Source: Candidatus Nanoarchaeia archaeon
GTDB taxonomy: Archaea > Nanobdellota > Nanobdellia > SCGC-AAA011-G17 > VGLX01
Length of the DNA stretch: 35,831 nucleotides
Assembly (NCBI GenBank): GCA_038884815.1
Contig: JAWABC010000001.1
Span: 1 to 35,831, forward strand
Reading direction: 5' to 3'
Of the stretch, positions 1 to 7,507 are shown piece after piece; position 1 is the stretch's first letter; each line of letters starts with the position of its first letter. The position numbers were made by a program, and so were the translations under genes. The notes under the pieces were generated by a model, which worked only from the letters and a program-made list of their open reading frames with translations, did no database searches and was not told the DNA's origin.

Positions 1-349
1 ATAGTATTTCCGACCCACCTAATATAGCTTTTATAGTTGCTCCCGTTCCGATGATGTATGCTGTTAAAGCCCCATAACTTCCTATTAGCATTGTTAGGAA
101 CATGAGTTTTTTTGCCCATCCCCCTAAATATTTTTCCGCATACCCTGCTAGTTGGTGTTTTTGTTTTGTTCTTAAAGCAATTTCTCCTAAGTATAGGTGT
201 AGTAGCAGTAGTGCTATGCCTAACGCTACTATCATCAGCATTCCGGTCCAGAATCCTGCTTTGTAAACTACGTAAGGTATCCCCAGAATTCCTGCCCCAA
301 CTATTGTCCCTATAAGTATTGCTACCGCTCTTCCCAAGGAGTTTGCCAT
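1..349 (-). CDS. Amino-acid permease-like transporter, N-terminal fragment (gene continues past the left window edge)
   Basis: Absent from the ORF track because it has no stop inside the window. The reverse complement from ATG at 349-347 reads MANSLGRAVAILIGTIVGAGILGIPYVVYKAGFWTGMLMIVALGIALLLLHLYLGEIALRTKQKHQLAGYAEKYLGGWAKKLMFLTMLIGSYGALTAYIIGTG. It is hydrophobic and helix-rich. The GTIVGAGILGIPY TM1 signature is typical of Aa_trans / Trp-Tyr-permease type carriers (recalled from memory, not searched). Confidence 0.6.
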   Translation of the reverse strand, partial: MANSLGRAVAILIGTIVGAGILGIPYVVYKAGFWTGMLMIVALGIALLLLHLYLGEIALRTKQKHQLAGYAEKYLGGWAKKLMFLTMLIGSYGALTAYIIGTGATIKAILGGSEIL

Positions 350-477
350 TGTATTATTGCTTATTTTTGATTGTATATAAAGTTTGCTGAAAATTTCTTG
401 AAAATTAAATATTATTTTAAAAATAAAAAAATATATAAATAAATCTTGTTTGTACTAACTTAGTTGGGTGGTTTACA

Positions 478-846
478 ATGGCTAATATATTGATAATAGA
501 TGATAACGAATCCGATTGCAATACTATGAAAACACTTCTTGAGAAAGAAGGTCATAAGATTTCTGTAGCTATGAACGGTAAGGAAGCTATTAAGAAGGTT
601 AAGTCACAAAAGTTTGACCTGATTTTGTTGGACATAATCATGCCTAAAATGTCTGGTTACGAATTGCTTTCTCTTTTTAGGGAGAAGATGAATCATCAGT
701 TGAAAATTTTTTATGTCTCAATAATACCTAAAGATGAAGTGGACACGTTTAACGTTGACGGCTTTATTCAGAAGCCTTTCAGCCCCTCTTCTTTTTTGAA
801 AAGTGTTGAGGAGGGTCTTAAAAGGGGTGTAAAGAAAGGTGGCTAA
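478..846 (+). CDS. Stand-alone response-regulator receiver (CheY-like) protein
   Basis: 122 aa. Receiver signature residues are present: IIDDNE acidic pocket, LILLDIIMPKMSG phospho-acceptor Asp, YVSIIP, and QKPF conserved Lys. There is no output domain. An SD-like GGGTGG precedes the ATG. Confidence 0.85.
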   Translation: MANILIIDDNESDCNTMKTLLEKEGHKISVAMNGKEAIKKVKSQKFDLILLDIIMPKMSGYELLSLFREKMNHQLKIFYVSIIPKDEVDTFNVDGFIQKPFSPSSFLKSVEEGLKRGVKKGG

Positions 847-1192
847 AGTCATAATGATTGTTGATGACGAGCAAGATATTAGGGACTCTATCAAACTTAT
901 TTTAGAAAAAAATGGTTATAGGGTGATTACCGCAATTAACTCTGACGATTGTTTGAATAAACTTAAAGCTGAAAAGCCGGACTTGATTCTTATTGACATA
1001 ATGATGCCAGGCACCCCCGTTAAGGATATAGTACCGAAACTGAAAGATGTTAAGGTTGTTTATTTGAGTGTTGTGCGTGTTTCAGAAGCTGAGAAGGAAG
1101 AGCTTCTTAAATCTCCTAACATAGTTGGTTTTATTCAAAAACCTTTTGACATAAACACTTTGGTCAAGAAGGTTAAAGAATATGTTGGTTAA
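839..1192 (+). CDS. Second stand-alone response-regulator receiver (CheY-like) protein
   Basis: 117 aa with IVDDEQD, LILIDIMMPG and QKPF motifs. The track start is GTG at 839, overlapping the upstream stop. An alternative ATG at 854 lies about 12 nt after an AAGGTGG SD-like sequence. Confidence 0.85.
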   Translation: MAKVIMIVDDEQDIRDSIKLILEKNGYRVITAINSDDCLNKLKAEKPDLILIDIMMPGTPVKDIVPKLKDVKVVYLSVVRVSEAEKEELLKSPNIVGFIQKPFDINTLVKKVKEYVG

Positions 1193-1727
1193 GATGGATA
1201 TCAAGAAGGAGTTGGATGAGTACAAAACCGTCCTCTTGGTAATCCCTGGTCAGGAATACAGTACTGTTGTTCTTGATACAATGAAGAGCTTGTCTGGCAA
1301 CACTGTAGGTTATGTTACGCTTAACAAGACTTTTGGTTCTTTGAAAGACTTATTTGCTAAGAACAATATTAGCTTAGATAACGTGGTTTTTATAGATGGT
1401 ATTTCTAAGATGGTGATGGACGTTCCCAGCCAGACTGATGGCTGTTATTTTGTGAGTTCTCCTAGTTCCTTAACTGAGCTTTCCATCCTCATTGGCAGGC
1501 TTCTCAATCATAACTTTAAGTACATAATTTTTGATTCATTAACAAATCTTTATATCTATAAAGATAAAGATGCTGTTACTAAATTTATTTCTCTCATTAT
1601 TAATAAGATAGAAAGTCATGAAGCGAATTCCATTTTCTTTGCAGTTAAGTATTCTGATCAGGAGAAGGTGATTGAGGAAATTTCTATGTTTTTCAACAAG
1701 GTTATTGATTTAAAGACTGAGCATTAA
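1182..1727 (+). CDS. RecA/KaiC-like fold protein with degenerate P-loop (function unknown)
   Basis: 181 aa. The pattern VLLVIPGQEYSTVV...VGYVTLNK...FIDGISK...SPSSLTELS...YIIFDSLTNLY...IFFAVKY...VIDL mirrors the strand/helix order of COG0467-type KaiC/RadA-like ATPases. The Walker A position reads PGQEYST rather than GxxGxGKT. An alternative ATG at 1194 directly follows the upstream stop. The fold assignment is from memory. Confidence 0.4.
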   Translation: MLVKMDIKKELDEYKTVLLVIPGQEYSTVVLDTMKSLSGNTVGYVTLNKTFGSLKDLFAKNNISLDNVVFIDGISKMVMDVPSQTDGCYFVSSPSSLTELSILIGRLLNHNFKYIIFDSLTNLYIYKDKDAVTKFISLIINKIESHEANSIFFAVKYSDQEKVIEEISMFFNKVIDLKTEH

Positions 1728-1787
1728 GTTTTATTCTAGTTTGAAGTTTAGGAAACATTTATATATTTTTCAGCATATATTTTATTT

Positions 1788-2396
1788 ATGAAAAAAATAA
1801 TCATTCTATCGGTTTTGTTTGCTGTGTCTTTTGTCAGCTTTGTTTGTGCTGACGTCATAATGCCTGGTGAGCGCACCATAACAGTTAAGAACGTTATTTC
1901 CAACATGGCAGATTATCCTGACTATGTTTTTTTTCAGGTTGGTTATTTAGGTCCTTCTATGTGCCCTGCCCAAGTCATTCAAGATGATGGTATTATTCCA
2001 GGTGGTTACAAGTTCTGTGACTTTTCTGTTTTTGCCATTGAAAAATCGAAGTTTGACAGTAACTTTTTGTCTAATGTGAACTCCGCTTTTGTTGACATCC
2101 AGGAAAGGGCTCGTAACTCCAAAGTTCAGATTGATGTTAAAGAAGAGTTGAAATCTTACCTCGCTTCCAAGGGCGCTAAGGAAGTTATTAGCGACATAGT
2201 AACGATGAAGACAGTTCCAGAGTCAAGTACCGAGCAGTCTTACACAGAGTACTACACGGTCGATTTGGAATCTGTTCAGAAAAAGGCTGCATCCACAGAT
2301 GTTGAGCGAAACAGCCTTGTTTACCTCTACATAATAATTCCAGTGGTTGCTCTTTTCATAATACTATTCTTGGTTATTAAGAAAAGGCAGAAATGA
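1788..2396 (+). CDS. Secreted, C-terminally membrane-anchored protein of unknown function
   Basis: 202 aa. N-terminal signal-like MKKIIILSVLFAVSFVSFVCA, and a C-terminal TM helix followed by KKRQK. Its stop overlaps the next start (ATGA at 2393-2396). Confidence 0.6.
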   Translation: MKKIIILSVLFAVSFVSFVCADVIMPGERTITVKNVISNMADYPDYVFFQVGYLGPSMCPAQVIQDDGIIPGGYKFCDFSVFAIEKSKFDSNFLSNVNSAFVDIQERARNSKVQIDVKEELKSYLASKGAKEVISDIVTMKTVPESSTEQSYTEYYTVDLESVQKKAASTDVERNSLVYLYIIIPVVALFIILFLVIKKRQK

Positions 2397-2719
2397 TTTT
2401 CTCTCTTTTTTATTTCCTGATTACCTTCTTACTTGAGTTTTTGATTGTTTTGTTGTTCTTGAGAAAGAATTTCTTTGAGATTTCATCGCGTGTTTTTCTC
2501 ATAAACCTTTTTACATGGCCTCTTGCTAACCTTGCCTATGGCTCTGGCTTTAATTTTTATGTGGTAGAATTTTGTGTTTTCGTTGTTGAAGCTATCCTCT
2601 TGATGTCGTTGTTGGAAGTTAAGTTTGTCAGGGCATTGTTAATCTCTTTGGTTGCTAACTTGTTAACTGCTTTGGTGAATTTGGCTTTCTCTTTGTCATT
2701 TTACGGACTCTTAATATGA
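2393..2719 (+). CDS. Small polytopic membrane protein, unknown function
   Basis: 108 aa and almost entirely hydrophobic (3-4 predicted helices). It is translationally coupled to the upstream gene by an ATGA overlap. Confidence 0.5.
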   Translation: MIFSLFYFLITFLLEFLIVLLFLRKNFFEISSRVFLINLFTWPLANLAYGSGFNFYVVEFCVFVVEAILLMSLLEVKFVRALLISLVANLLTALVNLAFSLSFYGLLI

Positions 2720-3338
2720 ACACAATCAGTGCTATTATGCCCAGAAGTACTATCAGCATTGAAATTCCTACTGTGTTTGTGAATGCCTTGTACCATGGCT
2801 TTCCAAAGAACTGCATCTTTATTTTTGGCACGCTAATGAATGTTTTTAGTATCTCTCCAGGAGGGAATGATTCTATTTCTCCCACAGCTAATGTATACTT
2901 GCCTGTGTTGTCGTTGCTTGAAACATTCATGTAGTATATTCCCTCTTCCAATTCCCTTCTTAGTTCAGGTCCCATCATGTAATAATCCCTGCCAAACTTC
3001 TCATAGTAAAGCTTCCACTCGCCCTGTGTCCCGTCTAAGAAAGTCACCCTGTCATTTTCAAAATCCCTTACCTCTACAAAGAAGTCTTTCCTGTTCTCCA
3101 TCAGGTTGTAAGGAGTTAGTATGTTGAGGTAAAGTTTGGATGGTTTCTCTGATATGATCATATAATTGTCTTCATTTCCATCCAGTTCTCCGTAAAATGC
3201 CCTCGAGATTTCAGGGTCTTTTATTATGATGGGTCTGTCTGGTGTTGCATCCTTGTTGTATACTATTCTTGGCTGGTGTGCGCTCGCTATTAAGGATAGA
3301 ATCAGAATTATTGGTAGGATTATTTTGAAAATTTTCAT
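2655..3338 (-). CDS. Secreted, C-terminally anchored protein of unknown function (predicted mature N-terminus begins with His)
   Basis: 227 aa. Signal peptide MKIFKIILPIILILSLIASA followed by HQPRIVY, a soluble beta-rich looking domain, and a C-terminal TM plus RVRKMTKRK. Its 3' end overlaps the convergent gene at 2393-2719 by 65 nt. Confidence 0.65.
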   Translation of the reverse strand: MKIFKIILPIILILSLIASAHQPRIVYNKDATPDRPIIIKDPEISRAFYGELDGNEDNYMIISEKPSKLYLNILTPYNLMENRKDFFVEVRDFENDRVTFLDGTQGEWKLYYEKFGRDYYMMGPELRRELEEGIYYMNVSSNDNTGKYTLAVGEIESFPPGEILKTFISVPKIKMQFFGKPWYKAFTNTVGISMLIVLLGIIALIVFILRVRKMTKRKPNSPKQLTS

Positions 3339-3369
3339 ATTATTTTATAGAATTTTCTTATTTATATTT

Positions 3370-4656
3370 TTATTCGTATCTTAAGGCATCCACAGGGTTC
3401 ATTTTTGATGCCCTGTACGCTGGTATCACACCAGCAAGTATCCCTATGCCTATGGATAATCCGAGAATAAGTATCAGCGTCTCTGGTGTTACCACTGCAG
3501 ATCCCAATCTCATCCTTCCCATGTTTATGTTGGCTGTTATTATGCTTGACATAACATATGAAGCTCCTATCCCAACCAGCGCCCCGATCACGCCTCCAGC
3601 CAACCCAACCATTCCTGAGTTGAAAAGGAACATTAACATTATGTCCTTGTTTTTTGCCCCTATTGATTTCATTATGCCTATCTCTTTTGTTTTTTCTAAT
3701 ACCGTGGTGAACATCGTGTTTGCTATCCCGACAGCTCCGACAAGTAAAGCTATGGCTGCGATAGCGCTTAAAAATAAAGTCATTGTGCTTAGGCTTTGTG
3801 ATATGGTTTCCTGCATTTCTTTTACTGAACTTACTGAGAAGCTTTTTGTCCTTTCATTTTCTGCCCTTACGAGCATCAGCCTTGAGTTTATCTGTGATAT
3901 TGTGTCTTCGATTAAGTCTGTGTCCTCAACCCTTATCTCTATGGATGTGAATTCCTTTGGGTCAACTTCTTCCAGCGTTGTTCTTGCAGCTTCGATGGGT
4001 ATGTAAACAGTTGAGCCTGACTGTCCTCCTATTCCCAAACCTTCTGATTCTTTAAGTACCCCCACAACCCTGAATGGCTTTCCCTCTATGGTTATCTGTC
4101 TGTTTATTGGTATGTCCTGCTTGAATCTTTCGGTTGCTATGTTGTAGCCTATTACTGCAACGTTGCTGTCCCCCTGTGTTAGGTATCTTCCTGAATCAAG
4201 CCCTGTGGTCTCCATGTCTTTCCAGACTTTTGTGTCAACCCCCTTGACGGTTGCTGATATTGTCTGGTCTAAATATCCTATGTCTGCCCTTTTGGAAACA
4301 ACTCCTTGTATGTATTTTATGTTGGGCACCATTTTCAGTGCCTGCACTTCCTTGTTTGTCAGGTTTTGTATTGTTCTTTCAGAGGTTGTTGTAGTCCGTC
4401 CTCCAAAATTGTCGCCTGCCATTCTGAACTCTGCTTGCCCTCCCATGGCCCTGGAATACCCAAGGGAAACAGTTACTACATCAGCCCCCAAGGTTCCAAG
4501 TCTTTCTTCCATGGCTTGCTGCATTCCTTCTCCGAGGGACATGATTGCTATGACAGATGCTACTCCTATTACTATGCCTATTATTGAAAGCCAGCTTCTT
4601 AGCTTGCTGTGGCTCAGAATATTGTAAGCCAGCTTTATGCTTTTGGACAACCTCAT
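3370..4656 (-). CDS. ABC transporter permease, MacB/FtsX-type with large extracytoplasmic domain
   Basis: 428 aa. The N-terminal TM (LRSWLSIIGIVIGVASVIAIMSLGEG) is typical of MacB_PCD/FtsX permeases. It has a large loop, three C-terminal TMs, and ends ...PAYRASKMNPVDALRYE (conserved FtsX-family C-terminus). Confidence 0.9.
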   Translation of the reverse strand: MRLSKSIKLAYNILSHSKLRSWLSIIGIVIGVASVIAIMSLGEGMQQAMEERLGTLGADVVTVSLGYSRAMGGQAEFRMAGDNFGGRTTTTSERTIQNLTNKEVQALKMVPNIKYIQGVVSKRADIGYLDQTISATVKGVDTKVWKDMETTGLDSGRYLTQGDSNVAVIGYNIATERFKQDIPINRQITIEGKPFRVVGVLKESEGLGIGGQSGSTVYIPIEAARTTLEEVDPKEFTSIEIRVEDTDLIEDTISQINSRLMLVRAENERTKSFSVSSVKEMQETISQSLSTMTLFLSAIAAIALLVGAVGIANTMFTTVLEKTKEIGIMKSIGAKNKDIMLMFLFNSGMVGLAGGVIGALVGIGASYVMSSIITANINMGRMRLGSAVVTPETLILILGLSIGIGILAGVIPAYRASKMNPVDALRYE

Positions 4657-4657
4657 T

Positions 4658-5554
4658 TTAGATTCTTTTTGAGAGTCTCCTTTTTCCCAAAAGCTTTCTT
4701 ACCGGTCCTATAACAAGAAGTATCGCTAAGGCTACTGAAACCCAGAACCAGGTGTTTTTCAAAAAGCTTGATGTTGTTCCTGTGCTTGTCCTCCCAGCAA
4801 ATGTTCCTGCGGTTCCTGTCATGGCTGATCCGCTTAGCGTTGCTGGGTTCACTAGAATCTGTTTTATTGCAGTCCTCCTTGCTCCGAAGGGGTCTGTGTA
4901 GTCAACCTGCACAGTTAACTCTTTTTTCTCAGATACTCCTCTTTGTTTTGGTGATATCTTGAAGGACACTATGGTGTAGTCCCCGCTTTCAAGGTTTCCT
5001 ACTATGGATGCTGAAGTTAGTTCTGTCATAAAGTTTTCCTGTTCTGGTATGCTTACTGTAATAGCATTGGCTGGATTCTTTCCTATGTTTGCTATCGCAA
5101 TGAAAACCCCTTCTGTTGTTATCTCCTGTAGCACAACGTCAAAACTAGTTTGTGCTTCCACTACCGTGATGGGCATTGTTTTTTCTTTCCATTGGCATCC
5201 TGCACAGTCTTTGTATTCAAAAACTATTGAGTTGTCTCCTTCTTTGGCTTGTTCATCTACTCTAACTTTGAATCTTTTTGTGACAGCGCTCTTTGCATTA
5301 AGCGTATCTATCACTATCTCTGGTTCTTCAGTCGGGTCTAAAGAGAAAGGGTAAGATTCTTTGAATCTTATTGCTGAGTTTTGTACTGCGTTGTTTTCAT
5401 TGTTGCTGACCCTTATCCATATCGTGAAGTATTCTCCTGCCTGTACCGGCGTTGGGTAGTAGTTGTCCACATTTATGTCAAGGGCATTAACCAATCCTAT
5501 GCTGAGCAGCATAGCAGTTAAAACAAGAAATGTTGATGTAATTTTTTTCTTCAT
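4658..5554 (-). CDS. Secreted Ig/CARDB-like (COG1361-type) protein, accessory component of the ABC operon
   Basis: 298 aa. It has a signal peptide, two beta-sandwich-like modules (YFTIWIRVSNNENNAVQNS... and FIAIANIGKNPANAITVSI...), a Thr/Gly-rich linker and a C-terminal TM. It sits between the ATPase and permease with a 4-nt overlap at 5551-5554. Confidence 0.6.
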   Translation of the reverse strand: MKKKITSTFLVLTAMLLSIGLVNALDINVDNYYPTPVQAGEYFTIWIRVSNNENNAVQNSAIRFKESYPFSLDPTEEPEIVIDTLNAKSAVTKRFKVRVDEQAKEGDNSIVFEYKDCAGCQWKEKTMPITVVEAQTSFDVVLQEITTEGVFIAIANIGKNPANAITVSIPEQENFMTELTSASIVGNLESGDYTIVSFKISPKQRGVSEKKELTVQVDYTDPFGARRTAIKQILVNPATLSGSAMTGTAGTFAGRTSTGTTSSFLKNTWFWVSVALAILLVIGPVRKLLGKRRLSKRI

Positions 5555-6270
5555 TTGCTCTTCCTCCTTCTATTTTTATGTTTGTTTGTATCGCTCTCTA
5601 TTTTACCGTCTTTCAGCTTGATTATCCTTTTTGCAAAATTCACCAATTCCAGATCATGCGTTACCATGATTACAGTCTTGCCCTGTTTTTCATGCAACTC
5701 GCATAAGAAGTCCATTATGTACTTGCCTGTTTTGCTGTCAAGGTTTCCTGTCGGTTCGTCTGCCATTACTATTTCAGGGTCGTTTGCCAAAGACCTTGCT
5801 ATCGCAACCCTTTGTGACTGTCCTCCGCTTAGCTCCGTGGGTTTGTGATGTGTCCGGTCACCCAACCCTACCACCTCTAACAGTTTCCTTGCCCTTTCTT
5901 TTGTTTTGTCTATTGTGTTATTCTGGAATTCGATTGGCAATGCTACATTCTCGAGGGCATTTAACGTTGGAATTAAGTTGAATTGTTGGAATATGAACCC
6001 TATCTTCCTACCTCTTATTTCTGCGAGTTTTGATTCGCTCATCATGGATATGTTTCTACCTTCAAGAAGTATTGTGCCTTGTGTGGGTTTGTCCAAGCAT
6101 CCTATTAAATGCATTAGTGTGCTTTTACCGCTGCCGCTTGCCCCTGTTATGGCTACGAACTCTCCTTTTTTTATCTTAAGGCTTACCCCCCTTAACGCCT
6201 CAACCTCTGCCTCTCCCATTTGGTAAACCTTCCAGACTTCTTTAAGCTCTATCAGCGTTCCATCGCTCAT
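5551..6270 (-). CDS. ABC transporter ATP-binding protein (MacB/LolD-like)
   Basis: 239 aa. Walker A GASGSGKST, Q-loop, signature LSGGQSQRVAIARSL, Walker B IVMADEPTGNLD and H-loop VTHD are all present. Confidence 0.95.
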   Translation of the reverse strand: MSDGTLIELKEVWKVYQMGEAEVEALRGVSLKIKKGEFVAITGASGSGKSTLMHLIGCLDKPTQGTILLEGRNISMMSESKLAEIRGRKIGFIFQQFNLIPTLNALENVALPIEFQNNTIDKTKERARKLLEVVGLGDRTHHKPTELSGGQSQRVAIARSLANDPEIVMADEPTGNLDSKTGKYIMDFLCELHEKQGKTVIMVTHDLELVNFAKRIIKLKDGKIESDTNKHKNRRRKSK

Positions 6271-6330
6271 TTCTTTATTTCAAACATTTTGGCTATTTAA
6301 AAAACCTATGGATTTCAAGTCCATTTACAA

Positions 6331-6344
6331 AAAGTTTTAAATAC
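6331..6344 (+). promoter_or_regulatory. TATA-like box upstream of the small membrane ORF
   Basis: AAAGTTTTAAATAC is centred about 27 nt upstream of ATG 6365, the spacing expected for an archaeal leaderless transcript. Confidence 0.35.
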
Positions 6345-6364
6345 CCTCCAGCGTTTTGATTTGT

Positions 6365-6580
6365 ATGGTTTTGCAGTCAATAAGTTTTTACATGATTGGT
6401 GGCATGTCTGTAGTTGCATATTTGAGTATATTGACGATTCTTCTGCTTTTCACAACAGCCATCCTTGGTTTTATGAGCATGAGGGGCAAGGTCAGGTTTA
6501 AGTACCACAAAATCCTTGCTATTATTACAGTAATTTCTGCAATTGTTCATGGCGCATTAATCATAATTTCTCGGTTCTGA
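6365..6580 (+). CDS. Small two-helix membrane protein, unknown function
   Basis: The track ORF starts at TTG 6356. ATG 6365 fits the upstream TATA-like box better. The product has two hydrophobic helices with conserved-looking His residues (KYHKILAIITVISAIVHG). Confidence 0.4.
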   Translation: MVLQSISFYMIGGMSVVAYLSILTILLLFTTAILGFMSMRGKVRFKYHKILAIITVISAIVHGALIIISRF

Positions 6581-6641
6581 TTTTTTGGTATTATGTTTGG
6601 AAAGCCTTTTATCTCGTCATCCGACAAGTGTACACATAAGG

Positions 6642-6650
6642 TTTTTATAA
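6642..6650 (+). promoter_or_regulatory. TATA-like box upstream of the LAGLIDADG ORF
   Basis: TTTTTATAA is centred about 28 nt upstream of ATG 6674 (MFISSEVAEICG...). Confidence 0.4.
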
Positions 6651-6673
6651 TCACCAACATTAGATATGAATTA

Positions 6674-7456
6674 ATGTTTATAAGTTCAGAAGTAGCTGAA
6701 ATATGCGGAATTCATGCAGGGGATGGTCACCTCAGGAAAAATGGTAAAGAATTTGAAGTTAGTGGGGGTATTGAAGAAAAGGATTATTATGTAGGACATG
6801 TTATCCCTTTATTTAATAGAGCATTTAATTTGTCTATAAAAGGTAAATATTTTAAATCAAAAGGTACTTATGGTTTTAGAACATCTAATTCTCATATTAT
6901 TAACACTTTAAAAGGAGCAGGATTTAAATTAGGTAATAAAACTTTAACTGCAAGTGTACCTAAACAGATATTGTATTCAAAAGATCTTGATTTAATTACT
7001 GCATTTCTAAGAGGTTATTTTGATACAGATGGCTGTTTCACATTTGATAAGAAAATTGGTAACCCTTTATCATTCCATAAAACAAGGAATTACTACCCTA
7101 GGATATTATTTACCACATGTTCAAAAAACCTAGCAAAAAACCTTAAATACCTAGTTCAACTATTGGGATTTAAAGCGCATACTTATGTATACATTCCAAA
7201 AGTGCCTACAGAAAACAAGAAGTATAAAATGCAAATAGTTGGAGTCAAAGCTTTAAACTTATGGATGCAATTGATAGGAACAGAGAACCCATCTAAACTT
7301 TCAAGATATTTAGTGTGGGATAAATTTGGTTTTTGCCCACCATACACCACATATGAACAAAGACTAAAGATGTTAAGTGGTAGGTTAAAGCCAGATTTAC
7401 TTTATATAAAGGGCCTATGGTGTAACCTGGAAAGCACGTACCGCTTCGGACGGTGA
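6674..7456 (+). CDS. Double-motif LAGLIDADG homing-endonuclease-like protein (3' end reads into tRNA-Arg)
   Basis: Two LAGLIDADG-type motifs are present: EICGIHAGDGHL and FLRGYFDTDGCF. The track ORF opens at 6593, but ATG 6674 fits the TATA-like box. There is no stop before the tRNA gene. The final 15 codons and the TGA stop (7454-7456) lie inside the tRNA. Confidence 0.75.
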   Translation: MFISSEVAEICGIHAGDGHLRKNGKEFEVSGGIEEKDYYVGHVIPLFNRAFNLSIKGKYFKSKGTYGFRTSNSHIINTLKGAGFKLGNKTLTASVPKQILYSKDLDLITAFLRGYFDTDGCFTFDKKIGNPLSFHKTRNYYPRILFTTCSKNLAKNLKYLVQLLGFKAHTYVYIPKVPTENKKYKMQIVGVKALNLWMQLIGTENPSKLSRYLVWDKFGFCPPYTTYEQRLKMLSGRLKPDLLYIKGLWCNLESTYRFGR

Positions 7457-7484
7457 GATGGGGGTTCAAATCCCTCTAGGCCCA
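7411..7484 (+). tRNA. tRNA-Arg (anticodon TCG)
   Basis: Manual cloverleaf: acceptor GGGCCTA/TAGGCCC; D-arm GTGT-AACCTGGAAA-GCAC; anticodon arm TACCG-CTTCGGA-CGGTG with TCG at 7446-7448; 4-nt variable loop AGAT; T-arm GGGGG-TTCAAAT-CCCTC; discriminator A. No encoded CCA and no intron. Confidence 0.9.
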
Positions 7485-7507
7485 TGTTATATAAGTTTAG
7501 AAAACGG

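Noticed and set aside
3446-4627. Plus-strand ORFs (3446-4006, 4163-4627, 4306-4587) inside the ABC permease gene. Similar antisense ORFs lie inside the COG1361-like and ATPase genes (4768-6226).
   Set aside because: They are entirely nested antisense to genes with clear family motifs. Their products are low-complexity or hydrophobic mirror translations. These are typical shadow ORFs.
6308-6324. The hairpin ATGGA-TTTCAAG-TCCAT, which resembles a tRNA T-arm. I considered it as a tRNA fragment or att-site remnant.
   Set aside because: No acceptor, D or anticodon arm can be built around it, and it does not match the 3' end of tRNA-Arg. A 5-bp stem in AT-rich intergenic DNA is easily found by chance.
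7401-7410. TTTATATAAA as the promoter of tRNA-Arg.
   Set aside because: It abuts tRNA position +1. With the canonical archaeal spacing of about 26 nt, transcription would start inside the tRNA. I kept it as an oddity in the findings but not as a promoter call.
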